DNA of 46,608 nucleotides from Bacillota bacterium (GTDB lineage Bacteria; Bacillota_I; Bacilli_A; RF39; UBA660): positions 1 through 46,608 of the forward strand of contig JALELF010000017.1 in NCBI GenBank assembly GCA_022771715.1, given 5' to 3'. Positions within the stretch are counted from its first letter, which is position 1, and each line of letters begins with the position of its first letter. Shown here piece by piece: positions 6,712-16,367 of this stretch. The notes beneath the pieces were generated by a model. That model did not search any database, had not been told where the DNA came from, and saw only the letters and a program-made list of their open reading frames with translations. A program made the translations under genes and the position numbers.

Positions 6712-8743
6712 AATCTCCATATGTTTCTTCCATTGAAAAAAGTATATTAAATTTTACATGTGTATTTCTTGGATATGTTGTCATTGTTAAAGAAGCACTA
6801 CTACCAGCTGAATGAATTATTGTAAGTGTTCCATCTTTATTTACACTATATACCATAGCATAATGAGTTGCGCCAGCAGTTCTTACAAGCACGTCACCTG
6901 GCTTAGCATAATACACTATATCGTTTACTGCTAATGTTCCTTCACTACTATATCTTATTGGTTTACCTGATTTATAATTTATTTTAACTAATTTTCCAGT
7001 TCCTTGATATATTGCCCATGATAAGAATGAGTAACAATCAAGACCTCCTGTTGGTCTACTACCACCATTAGATGTACTCCAAACTTTGTTCCAACCTTTA
7101 ATAACATAATCCATAGTATTACCTAGATATCTAACTCTATAGTATGGATTATATGTTAGGAAGTATGCCGCCGCTAATGTTCTTGCTCTATTGCTACTTA
7201 TTCCATTTGCTTTAAGGGCAGCTTCTTCCATATATGAATTTAAGTGATCATTAATCTGTCTTATTTCACTATCTGACATTGTTTTATTAAGGCCATATTC
7301 TTTAGCTCTTGTTTCTTCTGTTATATCTGGATATCCAACTGTTACTTCTATTTTAGCAACTAATCCATTTTTTGTTATTGCTGATACTGTCGCTTTACCT
7401 GTTTTATTTGCTTTAACTAATCCTGTATTTGATACTGTAACACAGTCAGAACTTGCGACCCAAGTAACTTCTTGGGGTGCTGATAAAGGTAAAATTGTTG
7501 TTTTTAGTTGTTTTGTTTCTTTTGGTTTTAATTTTAATGATGTTAAATTTATATATATTTCCTTAGGGCTATTATCTTTTAAAAGAGCTTTAACTTCTAC
7601 TTTTAGCGTTGCTTTTTTATTGTTTGATGATGTTACAGTTATAGTAGCTGTTCCTTCTTTTAAAGCTTTAATTTTACCGTTATTAACAGATACTACATTA
7701 TTGTTAGAAGAACTCCATGATAGATTTTTATTACTAGCGTTACTTGGATTAATAGTAGCAGTTACTGTTTGTTCTTCAAGAACGTTTAAAGTAAGCGAAG
7801 TAACACTTAAACTAATATAATTTACTGGTATAGAAGGTGTACTTTCGTCTTTTTTCTTAACATTAACTGTCATTGTGGTGCTTTTACCATTTGACGTAAT
7901 TGTTATTATAGACGTTCCTGATTTTAAAGCTGTTATAATTCCTTCTCTTGAAATATAGGCTACTTCACTATTTGAACTATAGTATTTTGTTGTCTTATCT
8001 GAAGCATTACTAGGAATATATTCTATATTTAGCTTATATGATTCAGATATATCCATATCTATTGATTTAGGGTATACATTTATTTCTGACAAATCAATGT
8101 TTCTATTTTTAACATTTACTATAATTTTATCTGATTCTTTACCATTTACAAATGCGGTTAATGTAGCACTTCCAACCATTCTAGCAAAAACATTACCACT
8201 ATCTGTTACGGTCGCTACTCTTGCATCAGTCGTTTCCCAATAGATACTTTTTTCAGTATAATTTTCTGGATATATGTCATAGTTAATTTGATATGATTTT
8301 CCTGAATATAAATTTAAAGTACTATCTTTAATTTTTAAACTTTCAGCTTCTATTTTTTTGTCAATTATAGCGACATCTTTATTTTCAACAACTACTTCTA
8401 CATCAGCTGTTAAACCTTTTTCAGTTACGACAGTAACTGTAGATGTTCCTTCTTTCAAGGCTTTTATTTTATTGCCTATTAAAGTTATTACTGATTCATC
8501 ACTTACTATATACTCTATTTTTTCTTCATAATTTATGGGATTTATATCTAAAGTTAATTCATATTCTTCATCTTTTTTTAATGTAATCACATTATCTACA
8601 AAGGAGATAGATTTTATTTCAAAAGAATCTTTATCTACTTTGGGTTCTATAGGTTTTGTTTCTTTTTTAGGCTTAATTGCTATAAAAATAGTGATTAAAC
8701 TTAAAACTATTAAAGAAATAATTATTATATTCTTTTTTGACAT
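6710..8743 (-). CDS. Membrane-anchored surface protein with multiple Big_2 repeats and a C-terminal NlpC/P60-type peptidoglycan endopeptidase
   Basis: N-terminal TM helix (IIIISLIVLSLITIFIAI). The Big_2 repeats are paralogous to those of the neighbouring gene. The C-terminus has GGLDCYSFLSWAIY (Cys) and THYAMVYSV...IIHSAG (His), the NlpC/P60 pattern. Confidence 0.75.
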   Translation of the reverse strand: MSKKNIIIISLIVLSLITIFIAIKPKKETKPIEPKVDKDSFEIKSISFVDNVITLKKDEEYELTLDINPINYEEKIEYIVSDESVITLIGNKIKALKEGTSTVTVVTEKGLTADVEVVVENKDVAIIDKKIEAESLKIKDSTLNLYSGKSYQINYDIYPENYTEKSIYWETTDARVATVTDSGNVFARMVGSATLTAFVNGKESDKIIVNVKNRNIDLSEINVYPKSIDMDISESYKLNIEYIPSNASDKTTKYYSSNSEVAYISREGIITALKSGTSIITITSNGKSTTMTVNVKKKDESTPSIPVNYISLSVTSLTLNVLEEQTVTATINPSNASNKNLSWSSSNNNVVSVNNGKIKALKEGTATITVTSSNNKKATLKVEVKALLKDNSPKEIYINLTSLKLKPKETKQLKTTILPLSAPQEVTWVASSDCVTVSNTGLVKANKTGKATVSAITKNGLVAKIEVTVGYPDITEETRAKEYGLNKTMSDSEIRQINDHLNSYMEEAALKANGISSNRARTLAAAYFLTYNPYYRVRYLGNTMDYVIKGWNKVWSTSNGGSRPTGGLDCYSFLSWAIYQGTGKLVKINYKSGKPIRYSSEGTLAVNDIVYYAKPGDVLVRTAGATHYAMVYSVNKDGTLTIIHSAGSSASLTMTTYPRNTHVKFNILFSMEETYGD

Positions 8744-8818
8744 AGTATCACCTCTTCTAATTATATATTAATATTTACTTTTTTTCAATTGATTTAGTTA
8801 TAAAAAAAGTTAATGTTA

Positions 8819-8855
8819 TGAAAAAAGATTTTAATATAAAATATATCAAAATCTT
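8819..8855 (-). terminator. Rho-independent terminator of the 1427-aa gene
   Basis: On the minus strand: AAGATTTT-15 nt-AAAATCTT followed by TTTTTT. It sits directly after the TAG stop at 8858-8860. Confidence 0.5.
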
Positions 8856-8857
8856 AT

Positions 8858-11800
8858 CTATTTACCAATCCATTTCATAATTTTTTGACTACAGTTATTA
8901 TCAGAAACATTAGCATCATTAATTGTATTTTTATAAGCATAAGGTACATTAACAAATTCATATGATAAATCTTCATTAATAATCATATAAGTAGCTTTAC
9001 CTTTATCATTACTTTTAGAGTTTCCGATTCCTATAGCTTTTAAAGTAATAATTTTATCATTGATATTAGCAAAATGTTTATGTCCTTGAATAATTAAATC
9101 ATACTTAGAAATATCATACAATAAATTACCATTATTATAGTCATATAAATAATGACATAATAAAACTTTTTTACCTCCTATATTTAACTCAATGTAATCA
9201 TCATAATTAGAAATTATTTCAATTTGGTCTTGACTTAAATTGTCTAAAGTCCATTTAGTATTAGCTGCTTCTTCTGGATAAGCACCTGTTTCTATTAAAT
9301 GTTTTTGATAAGCATCAACACCATTTATTAAATATAACTCATGGTTACCTTTAACGCTTTTTACTCCATAGTGATTTAATAAATCAATTACTTCACTTGG
9401 ATTAGAGCCTGTCCCAATATTATCTCCTAATGAATAAATTTTTGTTATACCTTTTTTTCTAATATCCTCAAGAGCAGTTAAAGTTGGTTCAAATAATCCA
9501 TGAGCATCTGTTAAAACAGCAATCTTATCTTTGTTTTTGACACTAATTACTCTATTTCTGAATTCAATTAGATATTCTTTACTTACAGCTGGTTTTAACT
9601 CAACTTCTTCTCTCACATTAATAGGTGAAGGAATTGCTTTGTTAACCGGCTGTGTTAAAATAATTTTCAAATTATATTTTAATGCTATTTTAATTTCTTC
9701 GTCTGATGGTTCTCTTCCTGGACAAATTATATATTTAGGTTTCATTCCTTCACGTAAAGATAGTATTTCAGAATTACCATGAGCATCACTTATTTCAAGT
9801 ACTCCTCTTTGACTTCTTATAAGTGGAGCTACTTCTACAGAATTTTTTACAATGCCACCATTAGTTCCCATGTTATCATTAGAACTACAAATAAAATTAT
9901 CATAAGGCATTTCATCAAATCCAAAAATAGTGTTACAAGCATCATAATAATATGCTTGCATTCTATGACTTATCGCTGATAAAGAAATGAAGTTTTGTTT
10001 ACCACTTGCCACACCATTTACTAAATTATCAATATTTTCTGAACTACTTATTACATGAGCAAGTAGTGTATACTGTTTATCTCTAAAATCATATACATCA
10101 ACACCATATTTTTTAGATTCATCTTCTAATTTTACTTTGTTTTCTAAAACGTTGTATCCTATTTTAGATAAATTATAATCCATTTCAATTGCATATAATT
10201 CACGCATTAATTCCTCATAATTTTTGAAATTAAAATCAGTTAAAATAGAATTTAAGTTAATGATAGTGTCATCAAGCATTTGAGCTAAAACATTTATATC
10301 TTCACAGTTAACTATATCTTCTATCAATTCTGTATAATTAATAACTTCATCTATTTTCTTTAATACTTCTGGATTATGCAAATTGTAAAATTTTAATTGC
10401 AACAATTCACAAACGCCACCATAATTAGATAGCATTCCTAAAGCACCGGTAGTATCGCAATTAAAAGATATTTGTAATATTAGGTCTTTATAATCTTCTA
10501 GTTTAGTACAATTTTTCATTCTAATTAAATAATCATCTTTTATTGTACTAATTATATTATCACAATCTTCATAACTATTTATTCCGGAAATTGTTTTGTT
10601 TTGTTTAAACAATAATTTAATTTTATCAAAATTTATGAATTCTAATTCTTCTAAAGCAAGTGACTTACATAAATCTTTATATCTTAAATAATTCTTAACA
10701 AAATCTAAAAAATCTTTATAAGAATACTTACTATTCTTATCATATATATAAGAAAATAATATATTTTTTATATTTAAAAATTCTTCTATGTCATTTTCAT
10801 ATATTTTAACAATATCTGGAACATAATTATAATTCAAATTTAATGAATATTGCCAAAATCTAGGTATATCAATATTGTTAAGTTTTAAAAAAGCTTGTAT
10901 TTTTTCAAAATTTTTAACTAGTTCAAAATGGTTATTAAGATAACATTTAACAAGTTCTAATACCATAGCTTGGTTGTCTTTATTGGTATATGTATTAACA
11001 ATTAATTTTAAAGCAAAATTTTCGCCAACACTTCTACGATTAACAAAGTTAGGATCATTTACTAATTTTGAAAGTCTATCTTTATCTATTTTAGGTAAAA
11101 CTAAATTTAATATTTCTTCCGGAGTTCCCTTTTGAAGATATTCAGCTGGATCTATTTTCTTATTATCTAAATTATCTTTAACAATTCTAAAAATATCATT
11201 TCTTTTCATCTTGAATAATATAGATTTTTGCTTGTCTGATAAGCCTCTTTCAATAAATAATTTATGTAAAAACCCATCATCTAATTCAATATTTTCAAGG
11301 AAAACAATAAATAAATTATCAAAATTTTTTCTTAAACCCTTTAAGAAAAGCAAACACTCACTATAAGTCATTTTTTTGATTTCTTTAGCTTTATTTTTTA
11401 CTGAATTATTTAATAATTTTTGAGTTTTTTTATTACTATAAATACATCCATTTAAAATAACACCATTTTTTAAAGTTAAAATAACATCATCATAGCTTAT
11501 TATATCTAGTGCAACATCATTAATCACATCAGATGGATTATAAAATACTTCTCTTACAAAATCAATAGGACTTTTTCTATAGTCTTTTTCTAAATTGTAA
11601 ATTATTTCTTTAGGAAATCTTTTATAAAGTGTTTCAGTTTCAATATAACTTAATTCTTGTAAAAGTAACCATAAATTATTAAAGTCTAAATTTTCTATTA
11701 AATACTCTCTAAAGTCAGTTGATGAGCATTTTATAAATAGGTTTTTTGCTCTATTTAAATCACTAACTAATAATTTTTGATATTCCCTAATAATTGTATT

Positions 11801-13141
11801 TTTATACAATTTATATAAAGAATTTTTTAAATCTTTTGAAAAAATAGTACTTTCTAAGATATAAATAATTTCTTCATTTGCTAAGTCTTTTAATAATTCT
11901 TCTTGTAAAATTAAAGGATAACTATATTCTCTTAAATACTTATTTATATATTGTTGTCTATTACCTTTTTCTTCATTAATTATTCTTAATACTTCACTTT
12001 TATACTTTTTGTAAATAAATTCTATTAATGTTTCTTTTTTACTTTCTAAAATTTCTTTTATAAATGCTTCATCTATATTAACTCTTTCAAAAACTCTATT
12101 AAATATCTTATCTGTAATAGCGCTTGATAAAAAATCCGATAAACTAAGAGGATTATTGGATATTTGTTCAACTAATATTTCTACAATTTCATCTTCTCTA
12201 ATCTGAAATAATATTTTTCTAAAAGCGTAAAACCAAGTATATTTTCCGGTTTTTAATAAATTTTCAATTTGTTCGAAACTTAGTTTTTTTATCACGTTTT
12301 CTATTATTTCTTCTGAACTGTTATTTAAAATCTCTAAATATGAATCATTTTCTATTAAATAATCTTCCCACTTGTCAATTTTATCTTTATACTCAGAAAA
12401 AATAAACTTTCTTAAATTAATGTTGCCTTCTAAATAAATAAAAGAAATAATATCATTATTAAGTGGATACTTTTCAAATAATATTTTACATGTAGAATCA
12501 GGTAAATCTAATTTTAACAATTCTTTTAATTCACTAACATTGTTTGTGTTTTTTAAAACATAGTTAGATATATCTTCACTTCTATATTTTTTTATACAAT
12601 TAATAAGAGTATAATTAAAACTATCAGCCATTTCTTTTATTAAAGTTTCAATATCTAATCTACTAATAATATATCCTAGCATCTCTTCTGGTACTGATAA
12701 AGGCTTTATATATTGCTTATATGTATTACTTTTAATAGAAATATCTAATAATGAATTTATGTCGTTTTTACGTATATCATATAAATTAGATACAAATGTA
12801 ACATTTTTTAATATTAATTCATTAATAACATTTGTACTAACGTTTGAAATTATTAAATCTCTTAAATCAAAATTAAACATTAACATTTTTCTCAAAAATT
12901 CAATATCAGAATCATCTTTTATAGTAAACGTTTTAAAAAAGCTTGCTACTTTCTCTTCAAGATAAAGTAATATAAGGTCTAGTAAATATTTTTTACTTGG
13001 TAACTTAAAAACTTCTGTCATATCTTCATAATTATATAAAATATTTTCTATTCCTAATTTATTAAATATTTTTAGCTTAAAAAATCCCGGAATAAATTGA
13101 TTTCTTAAACGTTTTATTTCTTTTTCACTAATATTATACAT
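8858..13141 (-). CDS. Giant (1427 aa) cytoplasmic helical-repeat protein with a C-terminal calcineurin-like metallophosphoesterase domain (YfcE/MJ0936-like)
   Basis: Uninterrupted 4.3-kb ORF, with GGGGGAAGGG upstream of the ATG. The C-terminal approx 230 aa carry the MPE motifs VLTDAHG, SLGDNIGTG, KGNHE, LLCH and QGHKH. I see no signal peptide or TM helix. The N-terminal approx 1000 aa are Leu/Ile/Lys/Glu-rich helical sequence with no motif I recognise. Confidence 0.75.
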   Translation of the reverse strand: MYNISEKEIKRLRNQFIPGFFKLKIFNKLGIENILYNYEDMTEVFKLPSKKYLLDLILLYLEEKVASFFKTFTIKDDSDIEFLRKMLMFNFDLRDLIISNVSTNVINELILKNVTFVSNLYDIRKNDINSLLDISIKSNTYKQYIKPLSVPEEMLGYIISRLDIETLIKEMADSFNYTLINCIKKYRSEDISNYVLKNTNNVSELKELLKLDLPDSTCKILFEKYPLNNDIISFIYLEGNINLRKFIFSEYKDKIDKWEDYLIENDSYLEILNNSSEEIIENVIKKLSFEQIENLLKTGKYTWFYAFRKILFQIREDEIVEILVEQISNNPLSLSDFLSSAITDKIFNRVFERVNIDEAFIKEILESKKETLIEFIYKKYKSEVLRIINEEKGNRQQYINKYLREYSYPLILQEELLKDLANEEIIYILESTIFSKDLKNSLYKLYKNTIIREYQKLLVSDLNRAKNLFIKCSSTDFREYLIENLDFNNLWLLLQELSYIETETLYKRFPKEIIYNLEKDYRKSPIDFVREVFYNPSDVINDVALDIISYDDVILTLKNGVILNGCIYSNKKTQKLLNNSVKNKAKEIKKMTYSECLLFLKGLRKNFDNLFIVFLENIELDDGFLHKLFIERGLSDKQKSILFKMKRNDIFRIVKDNLDNKKIDPAEYLQKGTPEEILNLVLPKIDKDRLSKLVNDPNFVNRRSVGENFALKLIVNTYTNKDNQAMVLELVKCYLNNHFELVKNFEKIQAFLKLNNIDIPRFWQYSLNLNYNYVPDIVKIYENDIEEFLNIKNILFSYIYDKNSKYSYKDFLDFVKNYLRYKDLCKSLALEELEFINFDKIKLLFKQNKTISGINSYEDCDNIISTIKDDYLIRMKNCTKLEDYKDLILQISFNCDTTGALGMLSNYGGVCELLQLKFYNLHNPEVLKKIDEVINYTELIEDIVNCEDINVLAQMLDDTIINLNSILTDFNFKNYEELMRELYAIEMDYNLSKIGYNVLENKVKLEDESKKYGVDVYDFRDKQYTLLAHVISSSENIDNLVNGVASGKQNFISLSAISHRMQAYYYDACNTIFGFDEMPYDNFICSSNDNMGTNGGIVKNSVEVAPLIRSQRGVLEISDAHGNSEILSLREGMKPKYIICPGREPSDEEIKIALKYNLKIILTQPVNKAIPSPINVREEVELKPAVSKEYLIEFRNRVISVKNKDKIAVLTDAHGLFEPTLTALEDIRKKGITKIYSLGDNIGTGSNPSEVIDLLNHYGVKSVKGNHELYLINGVDAYQKHLIETGAYPEEAANTKWTLDNLSQDQIEIISNYDDYIELNIGGKKVLLCHYLYDYNNGNLLYDISKYDLIIQGHKHFANINDKIITLKAIGIGNSKSNDKGKATYMIINEDLSYEFVNVPYAYKNTINDANVSDNNCSQKIMKWIGK

Positions 13142-13195
13142 ACCCTTCCCCCTAAAACGGATATTATTTTATAATATTATTAAAAAAAATGCAAA

Positions 13196-13221
13196 TTAAA
13201 AAGATTTAATTTTTAAATCTT
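13196..13221 (-). terminator. Palindromic hairpin/terminator after the GtrA-like gene
   Basis: AAGATTTA-atttt-TAAATCTT flanked by an A-run and a T-run. It overlaps the stop codon. Confidence 0.45.
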
Positions 13222-13599
13222 TTTAAATACGAAAAATTTACTAAAAACATAGTTAAGTACTAGTACAACAAACTGAACAATTAATTTAGCTATTCTGTCA
13301 TTAATATTTATAAAATCAACCATAATCATCATAAATATAAATTCAATGAAAAGTGATAAAAGTCTAGCTAAAATAAAGTTAATAAATTCTTTTATATTAT
13401 TTTTTTGACTTTTAAAAACAAATAACTTGTTAATAAAATAGGCAAAAATAACAGCTAATATCCAAGATAATATAGTACATATTTTATAATCAATATTGAT
13501 GTTTCTTAATAAGTTATAAGATGCAATACTAACAATAGTAGTTAATATACCTGCAATTATATACCTAATTATTTCGTCATATTTTCTAACTAAATTCAT
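13213..13599 (-). CDS. GtrA-family small membrane protein
   Basis: 128 aa with four predicted TM helices and a size and topology typical of GtrA-like proteins (IIRYIIAGILTTIVSIASYNLL...; C-terminal FSKFFVFKK). Confidence 0.6.
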   Translation of the reverse strand: MNLVRKYDEIIRYIIAGILTTIVSIASYNLLRNINIDYKICTILSWILAVIFAYFINKLFVFKSQKNNIKEFINFILARLLSLFIEFIFMMIMVDFININDRIAKLIVQFVVLVLNYVFSKFFVFKKI

Positions 13600-13606
13600 A
13601 TATCAC

Positions 13607-14800
13607 CTATATTATTTCATTTTTTATATTAGGATTTTTTAAAGCTTCAACTAGTTTATCGATTTCTTCAAAAGTATTATAAAAATAAAAACTAATTCGA
13701 CAAGTATTTTTTATTTTTAAATCATCTTTTAAGATTTTAGCACAATGATTTCCAGCTCTAACACAAATATTGTATTTATTTAAATAAATAGCTAAATCTT
13801 GAGCAAAAATATCTTTTATGTTAATAGCAATAATACCACTTTCAGATGTTTCATTATATATAATTATATCTTTTACTGATTTTAATTTTTCTAATGCATA
13901 TTTTTTTAGTTCTACTTCATGTTTATGAATATTATTAATACCTATTTTATTTAAATATTTGACTATTTCACCAAAAGCTATAACACCAGCAATATTAGGT
14001 GTTCCTGCTTCAAATTTATGTGGTATTTCATTATAAACACGGCTATGATCTGATTCAAAAGAACTATTCATGCCACCACCAAATATTATCGGTTTCATTT
14101 TGTTTAATAATTTTTCTTTTCCGTAAATAACGCCAACACCTGTAGGTCCACACATTTTATGGGCTGAGAAAACAAGAAAATCAATATCATAGCCTTGTAC
14201 GTCAACTTTAATATGTGGTACGCTTTGTGCTCCATCTATTAAAACCAAAATACCATTTTTATGAGCAAATTCTATTATTTTTTTAATAGGCCTAATATCA
14301 CCTACAACATTAGTAACATGAGCAATACTTATAACTTTTGTATGTTCATTTACTGCCTTTTTTACATTTTCTAAAGTAACTTTTAAATCTTTAGTTAATT
14401 CAATATATTTTACTTTTATATTTATATTATCTTCTAATTCAAACCAAGGAAGGACATTAGAGGCATGTTCACTTTTAGTAATCAAAACTTCATCATTTTC
14501 TTTTAGATAATTTTTAAAATATCCAAATATTATTTTATTTAAAGAATCTGTAGCACCACTTGTAAAAATAATTTCCGCACTTTTTTTAGCATTTATAAAT
14601 TCTTTTACTAAATTTCTTGTATTTTCATATTTATTATCTACTAAAACACTAATATCATAGTCTCCTCTATGAGCATTAGCTGAATATTCATTATAATATT
14701 CATTTACTGCTTTTGATAAAACAAGTGGTTTTAATGTTGTCGCACCATTATCAAAATATATTATGTCTTTTTTTAAAATTGGAAAGTCTTCTCTATTCAT
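13607..14800 (-). CDS. sufS: Cysteine desulfurase SufS (class V aminotransferase)
   Basis: PLP-lysine motif SAHKMCGPTGVGVIYG, active-site loop RAGNHCA, and location directly after sufC-sufD. Confidence 0.85.
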   Translation of the reverse strand: MNREDFPILKKDIIYFDNGATTLKPLVLSKAVNEYYNEYSANAHRGDYDISVLVDNKYENTRNLVKEFINAKKSAEIIFTSGATDSLNKIIFGYFKNYLKENDEVLITKSEHASNVLPWFELEDNINIKVKYIELTKDLKVTLENVKKAVNEHTKVISIAHVTNVVGDIRPIKKIIEFAHKNGILVLIDGAQSVPHIKVDVQGYDIDFLVFSAHKMCGPTGVGVIYGKEKLLNKMKPIIFGGGMNSSFESDHSRVYNEIPHKFEAGTPNIAGVIAFGEIVKYLNKIGINNIHKHEVELKKYALEKLKSVKDIIIYNETSESGIIAINIKDIFAQDLAIYLNKYNICVRAGNHCAKILKDDLKIKNTCRISFYFYNTFEEIDKLVEALKNPNIKNEII

Positions 14801-14803
14801 AAC

Positions 14804-15616
14804 TCACCTCCAATACTTATTAATTATTTTTTCTATCTCTTCTTTATATGAAGAAAACATAGAAATATTACTTGTTAAAAAGCCTTTTACTAACAAGTTA
14901 AGAGCTAAAGCTTTAGGTATACCCCTACTTTGAAGATAAAATAACTCATCTTGATTAAAGCTTCCAATTAAAGCTGAGTGATTAGCACTTACACTATATT
15001 CTTCAATTAATAAATTAGGTTTTATCACACAAGTATTATCATTAAAATTAATGATTCTTGAGTTTTCATTAACTACACAGTCTAATATTCCTTTAGGGAC
15101 ATCGCCAGTTATATTAAAACTTAATGTGCCATCTAGTATATTAACACCATTAACATTTACATTACTTTCAGTATTATTTGATTTATGATTTATTATATAA
15201 TCATATTCTTCATTAGTTTTACTTATTGTTTTAAAGTTATAATCGATTTTAGCATTTGTTCCTTTTAAATTGATTATAGTTCTTTCTTTTCCTTCAATAA
15301 TGTCATTAAATTTAAAAACAAAAGTTGTACTATTTGTTTCTAAATCAAATATATACTGTGTTTTGACTATTGAGTTATTTATTTCTAGTAAATTAAAATT
15401 TACGTTTTCTTTTACATTAAAAATTATATTCATTTTTTTTAATTCGTCATTATTTATTTTTATAAATAAATTAGTATCTTTTAATATATTTATTTTAATA
15501 GTTTTTACATCAAAAAAGACTGTTTTTTCTTCTAAACTGACATTAATAGTATCATCTATATTGTTTATTATCTTGTCATTAACTATTTCTATTGTATTCA
15601 TAAAATTAATACTCAC
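14804..15616 (-). CDS. sufD: Fe-S cluster assembly protein of the SufB/SufD family (short, 270 aa)
   Basis: C-terminal signature region SANHSALIGSFNQDELFYLQSRGIPKALALNLLVKGF. Overlaps the sufC stop. Confidence 0.7.
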   Translation of the reverse strand: MSINFMNTIEIVNDKIINNIDDTINVSLEEKTVFFDVKTIKINILKDTNLFIKINNDELKKMNIIFNVKENVNFNLLEINNSIVKTQYIFDLETNSTTFVFKFNDIIEGKERTIINLKGTNAKIDYNFKTISKTNEEYDYIINHKSNNTESNVNVNGVNILDGTLSFNITGDVPKGILDCVVNENSRIINFNDNTCVIKPNLLIEEYSVSANHSALIGSFNQDELFYLQSRGIPKALALNLLVKGFLTSNISMFSSYKEEIEKIINKYWR

Positions 15617-16367
15617 TCACTTCAAGCGTACTATTAGAATCAAATTTGTAACCATTTTTTTCTATATATGATACTAATTCACTACCACCACTTTTTATTA
15701 TTTTACCATTCATTAAAACATGAACATGAGTTGGTTTTATATAATCAAGTAGTCTTTTATAATGGGTTATTAACATAATTGCTGGCTTATAGTTATTATA
15801 ATATTCTGTAACTAAACTACCTATAGTTCTTAAACTATCTACATCAAGACCTGAATCTATTTCATCAAGCATTATAAAGTTAGGTTCTAACATAAACATT
15901 TGAAGAATTTCATTTTTCTTTCTTTCACCACCAGAAAAACCATTATTTATTCCTCTATGAATCATTTTTTTATCCATATTTAATTTTTCAACCGTTTTAT
16001 CTAATTTTTTGATAAAATCTATTAATTTAAAATTATCTTTTTCTTTAGCATGTAATGCATTTCTTAAGAAATCAGCATTAGTAACTCCCTCTATTTCAAG
16101 AGGCATCTGCATTCCTAAAAATATTCCTAACCTTGCTCTTTCATCTACTGTTAAATCATTAATCAATTTACCATCAAAAAATATTTTTCCTTCTAGTATT
16201 TCATAATTATCATCACCCATAATGACTTTAGACAAAGTAGACTTTCCAGTTCCATTAGGACCCATTAAAGCATGAATTTCTCCACTTTTAATTGTTAAAG
16301 AAAAACCATCTAATATTATTTTATTATCTATACTTACTTTTAGATTATCTATATTTAATATGTGCAT
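15606..16367 (-). CDS. sufC: Fe-S cluster assembly ATPase SufC
   Basis: Walker A GPNGTGKST, signature FSGGERKK, Walker B IMLDEIDSGLD, and the H-loop ITHY. Confidence 0.9.
   Translation of the reverse strand: MHILNIDNLKVSIDNKIILDGFSLTIKSGEIHALMGPNGTGKSTLSKVIMGDDNYEILEGKIFFDGKLINDLTVDERARLGIFLGMQMPLEIEGVTNADFLRNALHAKEKDNFKLIDFIKKLDKTVEKLNMDKKMIHRGINNGFSGGERKKNEILQMFMLEPNFIMLDEIDSGLDVDSLRTIGSLVTEYYNNYKPAIMLITHYKRLLDYIKPTHVHVLMNGKIIKSGGSELVSYIEKNGYKFDSNSTLEVSEY

Noticed and set aside
7620-8771. Plus-strand ORFs (7620..7820, 8535..8771) antisense to the 677-aa Big_2 gene
   Set aside because: Same reasoning: shadow ORFs within a strongly supported gene.
15270-15671. 133-aa plus-strand ORF antisense to sufD/sufC. 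Similar antisense ORFs occur at 16009..16206, 29767..30021, 30393..30626, 30875..31090, 31419..31601, 33185..33439, 34659..34853, 37994..38200 and 44286..44645, and inside polC, ligA and the 1427-aa gene.
   Set aside because: All are nested antisense to genes with clear family motifs. Their Phe/Ile/Leu-rich translations are typical of AT-rich shadow frames.
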